Assembly (NCBI GenBank): GCA_002269645.1
Contig: NIVC01000763.1
Coordinates: 248,001-312,000 of the forward strand
Length of the DNA stretch: 64,000 nt
Source: Macrostomum lignano
Lineage: Eukaryota
Direction: 5' to 3'
The notes below the pieces were generated by a model that did no database searches, was not told where the DNA came from, and worked only from the letters and a program-made list of their open reading frames with translations. The stretch's first letter is position 1. Every line of letters starts with the position of its first letter. A program made the translations under genes and the position numbers. Positions 32,238-42,926 of the stretch are shown piece after piece.

Positions 32238-35200
32238 ATGACTGATTTGGTTCACATCGGCTACTCAGATCTGGAATTCTATGAGCTGCTTGGCCGCGGC
32301 GCCAAAGGCAGCGTCTATAGGGCGCGATGGATCAGTGCTGACAGAATCGTAGCCGTGAAGAAATTGTTAGAATTGGACCTGTCTGAGGTAGGCAGCGATT
32401 CTTTGAATTTGAAAGGTCATATAGTACTTTTAATCTCTTGGGGGAACACACTGGCGTTTTTGGCGACATCGTCCCACAACCTGTGCTGAGGCAATTCTGC
32501 CTATTCTGCTGACTGAGCACATGCGCAGATACTGTACATATATTGAAGTAGTAGGATGGCAGGACGCTACATTCGGTTTTCTTAGAAATCATCTGGGGCC
32601 AGTAAAGAATGTGTATTTGTCGTATCACAAGTGCGCTTACTTTACAACACTAGATAGGTCTCTTGTCTATTTCATGATTAAGCTACTTTCAATAGGGCAT
32701 CTGTATAGAGTTTGAGTTTACTTCTCAAGCGCCCATTTTCTGAAAGAACAATCTGATGCGCCGCTTGATTGACGTCACTGATGGAAATGGTATCGTCCAC
32801 TGATCTCTTAGAAGTCGGTACGCGGCAGGACTATTGTAATGCACTTGAATAGCGGAGTTCGACAGCCTAACGCATGCAACAGTGGCGAGACTTTGCTTCA
32901 TAGAGCTCTGCACTAGACGGTGGAGGGCACTGCTTTCCTTTTCTTTCTTTTGCTTCAGGGCTTCTCCCTTTCCCGCACAGCTGATCTGGAGGGTGGCAGA
33001 CGCCCCATGCTGATGGTATCCTTTTAGAAAGCAATAAATTCCTCCGGGGTAAGCCGAAGGATGGTCTGTCGGCGGTCGCCCCACAGGCAGTCAGCAATGA
33101 TATGCTGTACGGTGTCCTCGATTGCCTCGGATCTCAGTTGGTTTTTGAGCACATGGAGGTGGCGTGGAGGGCCGGTCAGAGGGGGTCTGTAGTGGGCCGT
33201 TTGAGTCACGTCCGGCGCCCTTCTGCTCTGGCGGATACGCTCATAGTGATCTTAGCCGCCTGAAGCTGGAGCGGGACACGGCACTGGTCAAGTTTGGCGG
33301 CCCTGGCTGCCTGCCCGGCCTGCTGCTTCGTTGCCTGTCACTCCGCAGTGCGTAGAGACCCAGCCGGCGCTCAGCACGGTGATGGCACTGAGGCTGTCCG
33401 AGGCGATGGAACTGCTGCACCAGGCGCCAGCGAGGGCCAGGTGTTCTTGGCCCCGGTTTTTCCAGTGGCCGATGGCTGCTCTTCCCCTTTAGTCGAGCCA
33501 GCACCGACCAAGCCGTCCATCCAGATGACGGCTGGGTCCTGCTCCATTGTGTCTATGGTCTCAGCGGCTCGTTCTAGCTTGGTCTTCGTTGGCATGCTTC
33601 TGTTGATGATGTCCGCCAGCAAGGTGTCAAAGAAAATGCCGTCGGCGCCGTCCGTACTTCATGGCTGGGGGCCGAGGGGCTGGGGAGCGCGTGGCGGGCT
33701 GTTAAGGGTCCTGCAGCAGGTGAGCTCTTGGGCAGTCCGGCGCAGCAGCCCCTAAACGTTCTGGCTTCGTCCGCCGTGAGGCCTGGGTGGTGGCGACTGG
33801 TGGCGTTGGTGTAATTGGGGTCGTTGGCATCGCCCACGCCGCCTGCGGGTAGTCGCTAGTGAGCCTCGAAGGGGCGGTTCTTAAGGCGGGGCTTTGTGCT
33901 CTTAGCGATGACGTGGGCTGGAGCTGTCTTCGGTAGCCAGGCCATGCGTTCGGAAAGAAGGAAGGCGCGTTGGGTGGCGATGTTGCTGACTGGCGGAAGG
34001 CCAGCGACGCCCAACAGGTATTTAAAGATAGTGGTCTGAACGCACCCCGTGATTAGCCTGGCGCAGAGTTCTGTTGCCGCTCGATCAGGAGGCGCTTGCT
34101 CGGGGCCGCGACAGCAGCCAAGTCCCGCTACCGTAGTCCGCGACGATCGGACTGTCGCTGTGTAGACCACCCGCAGCACATGCTGGTCTGCCCTTAGCTG
34201 GCGTTGAGCGATGGCTTGTAGCGGACGTCGACGTGCGGCTATGCGGCGGCGGATGTCCTTCGCGTGCTTGGCGAAGCTCGGCGAGATGATCGTCGAACTT
34301 CACCCTAGGAACGCGATGTTGGCCTCGAACTTAAGCGCGTCGCCTCCGATGCTGAGTTGGATTTGGATGAGAGCTGAGTCGTCGGCGTAGAGGCTGACAT
34401 CCACTTCCTTGGTCGCATTGGACATCCACTTCCTTGGTTGCATTGGACATCCACTTCCTTGGTCGCATTGGACATCCACTTCCTTGATTGCATTGGACAT
34501 CCACTTCCTTGGTCGCATTGGACATCCACTTCCTTGGTCGCATTGGACATCCACTTCCTTGGTCGCATTGGCGATGGCACTCAATAGGTCGTTGATGTAG
34601 GCGAGCCAGAGGAGCGAGGCCAGGACCAAAGCTTACGGGAGGTCCTCTCTGAAAGTCCGCTTCTTGCTCAGCCCTCGTCCGAAACGGACCTTTGCCCTCC
34701 GGTCGTTCAGGAAGTCGTTTCTAAGACCTAAGACCGAGACCGAGGGCTGGGACGCCCATGACGAGTAGCTTGCAGATGAGGGCCTTCCGCCAGACTCGGT
34801 TGTAAGTCCTCGAGAAATCAAGATGGTTTGGGCGATGCGGGCTATCTGCTCTTCACAAGACCTGCTGAGTCGGAAACCGGCCTGGGCGTGGCTTAGGACT
34901 CCTCGGCTTTTGAGGTCGTACCGGAGTCTCATCTCGACCAAGACGAATCCTAAACAAAAAACTACACTTTCGACATAAGCCTAGATAATAAGGGAGCTGG
35001 GTCCTGATACACCGAAAACTTCGAGTTTTTAAATCTGTTACTTATAGAGTCTTTAACGAAAGACCAAATCGCAAAGCATGAGCAACCAGCTAAATGAATT
35101 CGGCGCGGATTCATGGAAATGGACGCGGCCAAGGGCCGACAAACCAGCTGCAGGGACGCACACGTTTCCGGCAGTGGAAAAGGGCATGTCCATTGTCTGC

Positions 35201-38200
35201 AGGAAAATAAAGAGTATTTCCGCGACTTGGAGACGCGTTTCGCGAATGTCTACTTAAATGGACTGCGGGTCTTGCGCGACTCCGAGGAACAGCCGAAAAG
35301 TAAACCGGTAAGTAGAGCAGGCTCTGTCACTATCGTAGGGTGCTCCAGTTAACAATCCCATTTCTCACTGCTTCCGTGCAGGCGCCGATCGCACCTGGAT
35401 CCGCCCCAAGGCCGTAGTGGAGCCACTAACGGGCTCCTCCAAGACGGTTTTGGTGCTAACAGTCGCCCGGAGGAGCTGTCGGAGGGTGTTTATAGACGAG
35501 CGGACGGACCCTCCAGCCGGAACGAGGGCGCCGTGGGCGGCTCCACCCAGCATGAGGGCAGCGTTGCCCCTGGTTCCGACCAAGGGCCGAGTGGACGCGC
35601 TCCAGGAGCGGGCTCCTCTAGGAGAGTTTTACCACTGTCAATCGCTCGGAGGGGCTGGCAGCGGGTGCTGACAGAGGGCGGCGCGGGCGGTGGCAGTCGC
35701 CCATGGTATCCGTTCCCGTACCCAAACCCATTGCCAGCCTTGTTCGGCGTCCATCGACCCCTTGATGGGCGCGGCCACGGGGGCGGATTCGCCGAAACGG
35801 TCAGACCTGGACGATCGTCGCCAAGGAACCCTCTCCGCTTGGGCCTCTGCGGATTTTGTTACCCAATACAGAGCCTAGGCCTGGCCCGCCTATAAGAGTG
35901 CGCACTGAACATTAAGTGAGCTAGGCGCGTGATAATTCTTGTTATTAGTTGTATGCCCTCTTAAACTCTCACTCTGTGTCTGTGTGTGCAAATAAATAAT
36001 AGAAATATAGTGCTATACGCGTTACCAGAATACTGTGTTCATTATTTGTGCATTATCGCGGGTCACACGCGAGGCAATTGATTAACGCATTGTTCAGGTC
36101 TTTTTCTAGAACTGTTGCGTGCTTTAAACTGCATGTAGGAATTTCCTCTACGAAGCCTTTAAGCGTGCAGAACATGCTCCTAAAGGATTAACACGGTTTA
36201 ACTTTCTATCAAAAATAAAACCCTCTTATACCGTACTTATATACGTTACTTTAGTCGTCCTTGATTAAACCTTCATAGAAATAAAAAATGCTTCAGGCAA
36301 AAAGGAGCTTGAATGAAAAAAGTGTACGTTTATAAGTACGAGTACAGCAAATAAATAAAAAGACCAAATTCAATGATAAAAAGCAGAAAATAACAATGGT
36401 GCAAAGTTAGGCTACGAGCGTACATACAAATCACCAGTAGTGTGGCTACGAGCCTAGAAAGAAAGCGGAGAGTACAGGGTTTGAGCATTTCTGAACACCA
36501 GGACACGCGCTGGGGGCAGGACGGAACGAACCATCTAGTGCTTGGGACTTTGTTACCTTCATGGGAACAAAGGGACGCCCTAATGGGTGTCAAACCAAAG
36601 CGTTTTTCATCTTGCCATTTCTTCATACTAATAATTTTTTAACGCGCCATCCGTCCACACAGGCAAAAATTCTCAGCCAGGTAAAGCATAAAAATGTGAT
36701 CAGCTTTATCGGGGCCGTGATTGAACGACCGCACTACTGCATTGTATCCGAACTCGCTGACCTGGGCTGCCTGTTCGACTACCTGCACGATTCCAGTCAG
36801 CCGTTGGACTTCACTGGCATTCTGGCTTGGGCTAAGTGAGTTGAAAGTGATTGGAGAGTAACTGCTCATTAGCAATTGACTCAACACTGCTCATTGACAA
36901 TTGACTCAACACTGCTCATTGACAATTGACTCAACACTGCTCATTGACAATTGACTCAACACTGCTCATTGACAATTGACTCAACACTGCTCATTGACAA
37001 TAGACTCAACACTGCTCATTGACAATAGACTCAACACTGCTCATTGACAATGAGCAACCTCTGCTATTGGCTTCTACTACTAAAAGTCGCATGCAGTAAA
37101 ACGCCCGTCTCACGCACCCAGACAGATCGCCAGCGGTATGCAGTACCTACACGAGGAAGCGCCAGTCAGCATCATACACCGAGATCTAAAATCTAAGAAT
37201 GTGGTAATCAGTTCTAGTCGTCAATGTAAAATCTGCGATTTTGGCAGCTCGAAAACTGTTGTGGTTAGCGACAATCACGCCACTCTGGCGGGCACGCCGG
37301 CTTGGATGGCTGTAGAGCTGATGCTAGCCGAACGCCCTGCTACTAAGCACTGCGACAGCTGGAGCTACGGGGTCGTACTGTGGGAGCTGCTCACCCGCGA
37401 GGTGCCATTCCGCGGCTTGGAGCCGATGCAAATCATGTACGTTGTAGTGCAGGATGGCAAGCGGCTGCCGATACCCGCCAGCTGTCCTACAGAGCTGGCC
37501 AGCTTAATGAGCAGCTGCTGGGCCGCCGAGCCATTTGATCGGCCAACCTGTGGCGAGATTTTGAAACAATTGCGAAAATTTGATGGCGACAACAGTTTGC
37601 AGTCGGCTACCGCTGAGTTCCTGCAGCAGCGCCGGGCCTGGCAAGAAGAGATTGAGTCCGCCTTAAGCCGCATGCAGCGGTTGGAGTCGCAGCTTATTGA
37701 GGCTCAGCTCAAAAATTATCTGGCCAATCAGCGGACTCAGCCAGCCAATAATCTCAGGATTTTAAGGCTGGAGGTGAGCGCTTTGGAATGGGATATTGGC
37801 TTTGAAAAGTTTCATAACCTCTGAATCACTCGCTTATTTGATTGCTGAATCAGTCGCTTATTTGAAGCTAATCTGATTGCTGAATCACTCCCTGCTTGAT
37901 TGAGTGCCTGAATCACTCGCTGATTGATTGAGTGCCTGAATCACTCGCTGATTGATTGAGTGCCTGAATCACTCGCTGATTGATTGAGTGCCTGAATCAC
38001 TCGCTGATTGATTGAGTGCCTGAATCACTCGCTGATTGATTGAGTGCCTGAATCACTCGCTGATTGATTGAGTGCCTGAATCACTCGCTGATTGATTGAG
38101 TGCCTGAATCACTCGCTGATTGATTGAGTGCCTGAATCACTCGCTGATTGATTGAGTGCCTGAATCACTCGCTGATTGATTGAGTGCCTGAATCACTCGC

Positions 38201-41200
38201 TGATTGAGTGCCTGAATCACTCGCTGATTGAGTGTCTGAATCACTCGCTGATTGAGTGCCTGAATCACTCGCTGAATGATTGAGTGTCTGAATCACTCGC
38301 TGATTGAGTGCCTGAATCACTCGCTGATTGAGTGCCTGAATCACTCGCTGATTGAGTGTCTGAATCACTCGCTGATTGAGTGCCTGAATCACTCGCTGAA
38401 TGATTGAGTGTCTGAATCACTCGCTGATTGAGTTCCTGAATCACTCGCTGATTGAGTCCCGAATCGAACCAACACCAAATCGCCAGCAATTCGACGTGAA
38501 CTCTTGGCGCGAAGTCGACATTTCCCACTGGCTCCGGCATCACACGTCGTCGACGGGGCCGGACCTGCCGGCTGGCTTCTTGGCGGTCTACGCAGACCTG
38601 CTGATGCAGAACAACATCACAGGTGAGAGGTTCCTCCGCCTGAGCGACTACGACCTTTTTCAGATGGGCGTGTCGGCTCCGGAGCACCGGGCCAGCCTGC
38701 TCCAACTGGTGCGCCAGCTCCAGCTGCACAACAACAATTATCGGCAGTACCCGCCCCTGAGCCTCACCGCCTGCTCGGCCAGCGAGTCCCCGGCCGTCAG
38801 TCCCGCCGCGCCTCGGTCCGCCGCCACGCCGTCGACTAGCTCCAGTTTTGCCGCCGTCCAACCGTCCGGCGCAATGTCGAATTCAGTGGTGTCGGCCGCT
38901 GCTGCCGCCGCATTTTGTCCTGTGAGTCTATAGTCGGGATATTTATCCCTTTTTGTGTCTATAGTCATGGGATATTTATCCCTTTTTGTGTCTATAGTCA
39001 TGGGATATTTATCCCTTTTTGTGTCTATAGTCATGGGATATTTAGCCTTAGTGTCTATAGTCATGGGATATTTATCCCTTTTTGAGTCTATAATCATGGG
39101 ATATTTGTCCTTTTCTATAGTCATGGGATATTTAGCCTTCGTGTCTATAGTCATGGGATATTTAGCCTTCGTGTCTATAGTCATGGGATGTTTCTCCTTT
39201 TGTGTCTATAGTCGGGATATTTCTTCTTTCGTGTCTATAATCATGGGATATTTAGCCTTCGTGTCTATAGTCATGGTATATTTAGCCTTCGTGTCTATTG
39301 TCATGGAATATTTATCCTTTTGTGTCTATAGTCATGAGATTTTATCCCTTCGTGTCTATAGTCGTTGGATATTTATCCCTTCGTGTCTATAGTCATGGGA
39401 TATTTATCCCTTTGTGTTTATAGTCATGGGATATTTATCTTTTTGTGTCTATAGTCATGGGATATTTTTTACTTTTTTGTGTCTATAGTCATGATATATT
39501 TATCCCTTTTTGTATATTATATAGTCATGGGATATTTATCCCTGCGTGTCTATAGTCATGGGATATTTCTCCTTTTGTGTCTATAGTCGGGATATTTCTC
39601 CTTTTGTGTCTATAGTCGGGATATTTCTCCTTTCGTGTCAATAATCATGGGATATTTGTCCCCTCGTGTCTATAACCCTGGGATGCAGATACAAAGTACT
39701 GGTGCATTTTCTGCAAGCCGATCCTTGTCAGGTCACCCCAACCCCGCTCAGGTGCGCCTTACGTTTGTCGTTAACCGGCTTAGCCAACCAGATGGTTCCT
39801 GGAAACTCTGCTTAGAAATTGAAGCCTCTGAGGCGACACTCGAGCAGGACTCCGGCGCCTCCACCGTGTCCGTGGCCATTGACTCCGTGGCCGTATTGAT
39901 CAGCCGGCCTGTTGTCAATGAATTCGGCAGCTACACGAACAGCTTTGCTAACGGTAACCAGTTGGAATCCGATGGCGAACCGATGACAGGCGTCGGGTGC
40001 AGCTATATGATGACCAGCTGGATGGCTGCAGACTCGCGCGACCTTCCAGTCACTCTGCGCGTCTGTCTACAGGTGAATTTGCATCCGTCTGGCTGTGTCT
40101 CATGATTTCATTTTCTATAAAATAAATTAGTTACTTTTCTTGGAAATAGTGCAAGTAGTATCAGCATGTTATTACCTAAATAATCACTCGCATGCTTTCC
40201 TAGAAACCTGCCTCTGACTCGCATGCTTTCCTAGAAACCTGCCTTCAACTCACATGCTTTCCTAGAAACCTGCCTTTGACTCGCATGCTTTCCTAGAAAC
40301 CTGCCTTCAACTCGCATGCTTTCCTAGAAACCTGCCTTCAACTCACATGCTTTCCTAGAAACCTGCCTTCAACTCGCATGCTTTCCTAGAAACCTGCCTT
40401 CAACTGGCATGCTTTCCTAGAAACCTGCCTTCAACTGACATGCTTTCCTAGAAACCTGCCTTTAACTCGCATGCTTTCCTAGAAACCTGCCTTCAACTGA
40501 CATGCTTTCCTAGAAACCTGCCTTCAACTGACATGCTTTCCTAGAAACCTGCCTTCAACTGACATGCTTTCCTAGAAACCTGTCTTCAAAACGATTTCAT
40601 AGAAAACCGTCCCACCCCCCTCCAGGCCTATCCGCCCGTGTTGAACATCGCCCTGACAGACTGGGACGTCGCTGACGATGACTGCCATCGGGGCGGCGTC
40701 TCCCAGCTAGTCACGCGCCAGGTGCAGCTCCGCCAGATGTCTCGCTCCTCCGGCCTGTCCGGCGAGGACCAGCAGCAGCCTAGCGGCGACCCGGCCGGCA
40801 CCGATTCTTTTGCGGCAACCGCACCCAAGATTGCGCATCACGTGATCACCAGCTCGTCGACCCCGGCGACGCCATCGGTTGGCAGCGAGTACCGGCCGAC
40901 ATTCGCCGACATGGTGAAGCGGGCCGGCGGAGCGGCTCCAGCGGCGTCGGCCGGTAGTTATCGCCGATGCGAGAGCTCCGACTACAACTATGCCTATTTT
41001 AATACTAAGAGTAGTATTAGTAGCTGTAGCAGTAGCGACAATAGATATCGCCGACATCCAGCGGCGGCAGCTTCCTCAGGCTCGGCGTCGGGTCCTCGAG
41101 CACGTCGACTTAGCGACATTGTCGCTAGCGGTCGGGGAGGTCGCGGCGGCGGGTCCGGCGGCTCCTCTAACAAAATTCGACGAAGCGCGACAAACGGGTT

Positions 41201-41207
41201 CGCTTGA
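32238..41207 (+). CDS. MAP3K20: ZAK/MLTK-like MAP3K (kinase, coiled coil, SAM, C-terminal extension), 6 exons
   Basis: Exons 32238-32387, 36663-36835, 37122-37773, 38487-38921, 39689-40072 and 40626-41207 join in frame. Motifs GRGAKGSV, VAVKK, GMQYLHEEAPVSIIHRDLKSKNVVI, CKICDFG and GTPAWMAVE match ZAK. SAM domain (W...DISHWL...NNITGERFLRLS..DL..MGV). Confidence 0.85.
32725..32935 (-). mobile_element. P-element/THAP9-like transposase fragment
   Basis: Peptide AIQVHYNSPAAYRLLRDQWTIPFPSVTSIKRRI fits the P-transposase Y.SP.AY..LR....LP.P...L.R. motif as recalled; the sequence decays into stops afterwards. Confidence 0.6.
32940..34945 (-). mobile_element. Degenerate 5'-truncated non-LTR retrotransposon with RT and RNase H (I/Ingi/Nimb-like group)
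   Basis: Fragments in order: QAGFRLSRSCEEQI; FLNDRRAKVRF; LLWLAYINDL; SLYADD; LRVVYTATVRS..RLITG..AGLPP; RNase H-like VIWMDG; C-terminal EDTVQHIIADC; purine-rich 3' tail near 32940. Many stops and deletions. Confidence 0.85.
34396..34570. repeat. 25-bp tandem repeat, 7 copies (GACATCCACTTCCTTGGTCGCATTG), expanded from RT coding sequence
   Basis: On the minus strand the unit encodes NATKEVDV, immediately before SLYADD. Confidence 0.93.
36862..37050. repeat. 25-bp intronic minisatellite (TTGACTCAACACTGCTCATTGACAA)
   Basis: Seen directly in ZAK intron 2. Confidence 0.95.
37822..38460. repeat. 28/24-bp intronic minisatellite (GAGTGCCTGAATCACTCGCTGATT[GATT])
   Basis: Seen directly; the unit switches from 28 to 24 bp near 38200. 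Confidence 0.96.
38922..39688. repeat. ~33-bp minisatellite (GTGTCTATAGTCATGGGATATTTATCCCTTTTT) occupying all of ZAK intron 4
   Basis: Seen directly from donor to acceptor. Confidence 0.95.
40187..40586. repeat. 31-bp intronic minisatellite (CATGCTTTCCTAGAAACCTGCCTTCAACTCG)
   Basis: About 13 copies. Confidence 0.96.
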
Positions 41208-41587
41208 AGAAACCGATCGAAAATTGGCCAGATGAAGCTGCATGCGTTGCAAATTACTTCGACTGATGATTTCATAGATGCATTGCTTGGTGTTGAATTT
41301 TTTCTTTTACTGCGTGATGTTATGCAATTTTTTTCGATTGTCACTAATCTGGAATGTCTCAATTGAGGGCTAGACAGAGAAAATAAGTAAATAAGATTCC
41401 CTAATGTTTATATTATACTCGAAGTAGTGTATTGCAGCTTTTTCATCGTTATGCCGCTACTTAGCTATCGGCACTGTGCATTTTTGACAGACAGTTAATT
41501 ATTATAAATTGATTTTGTTTTCGTTTATTTTTAAAGTTATTGTAATGGGTAGTCGGGAACCAAATCCTCTTAATCCTGTGATCCGAG

Positions 41588-42260
41588 TTCACAATTTGAC
41601 CTCAAATGACCTCTGGGACTGGTTCACAGCTTGACTTCAAGTGACCTCTGGGACTGGTTCACAGCTTGACCTTATGACCTCTGGGACTGGTTCACAACTT
41701 GACTTCTGGAACTGGTTCAAACTTGACTTCTGGAACTGGTTCACAGCTTGACTTCTGGGACTGGTTCACAACTTGACTTCTGGAACTGGTTCACAACTTG
41801 ACTTCTGGAACTGGTTCACAGCTTGACCTTATGACCTCTGGGACTGGTTCACAGCTTGACCTTATGACCTCTGGGACTGGTTCACAACTTAAACTCTGGG
41901 ACTGATTCACAACTTGACCTCTAGAACTGGTTCACAGCTTGACCTTATGACCTCTGGGACTGGTTCACAACTTCACCTCAAGTGACCTCTAGGACTAGTT
42001 CACAACTTGACCTCAAGTGACCTCTGTGAATGGTTCACAGCTTGACCTCAAGTGACCTCTGGGACTGGTTCACAACTTGACCTCTAGAACTGGTTCACAG
42101 CTTGACCTTATGACCTCTGGGACTGGTTCACAACTTCACCTCAAGTAACCTCTAGGACTAGTTCACAACTTGACCTCAAGTGACCTTTCAGACTGGTTGA
42201 CAACTTGACCTCATGTTGACGCCTTGTTCATAGCTTCACCCTAACTGAACTCTGGTTCAA
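41588..42260. repeat. Intergenic minisatellite (GACCTCTGGGACTGGTTCACAGCTT with variable TGACCTT extensions)
   Basis: Seen directly. Confidence 0.93.
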
Positions 42261-42926
42261 ATCTTGATCTTAAGTGACTTCTGACAGAATTCAAAACAAC
42301 TTTTTGCAGTAAATTAAAAAATGACAATTCAAAGTCAGAGCATAGTTTGACGAGTTTGAGAATGCCAGATATAGGAAAAATATATATGCATATAGAGGCT
42401 GCTCTAGTACTGCGTATGTCAGATTCTCGGGTTAGTTTGATTTATTATTTAGATTTTCACAACAGCTTGGCAACACCAGATAAAGCCATTAAGTTGGCAG
42501 GCAAGTTCCACTAAAATGATCGGCATTAGATAAAAATATTTATTGACATTGATATTCGCTTCTAACTACTGACAAGTACTCGTATATAAGGACAAAAATA
42601 ACATTATATCCTGCTTGTTTTCCCTTGACAACGAAAACCATAGAAATTACGCAAATAGTTGGGCAAGAAGGTCTTTTTGTATTCTGTGTGCCTCCCGATA
42701 TTCATTTACGAGCTAGCTAATTATATTCAATAAACATATATATTAATCTATTAAGACGGGCGGGCCATAGACAGGTACAGAGATCAGACGGAGAAACAAT
42801 GAAGGCTGCATCGTACGTTTATGTTAGATTATTCGCGTGGATAAATTGACCTCAGATCCCATATCATATAGAGTTATTGGAGTTCGTCACTCGTCCATCT
42901 CAAAGATGGCTTCTCTTTTCCCAAGT

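Noticed and set aside
34945-35050. Possible hammerhead ribozyme (Penelope-like ...CCTAGATAA...CCGAAAAC)
   Set aside because: The CUGANGA core is not intact and the stems cannot be paired convincingly. Other CTGATGA hits (4950, the 42-mer, ~57256) lack stem II and GAAA.
34997-35050. Short similarity to 54697-54750, with CpGs present here and absent there
   Set aside because: The alignment is only about 35 nt with gaps, too weak to count as independent evidence of island-specific mutation.
21331-41207. Functional clustering of RPL22 with the ribosome-stress kinase ZAK
   Set aside because: They are about 10.5 kb apart and divergent, and nothing in the sequence supports co-regulation.
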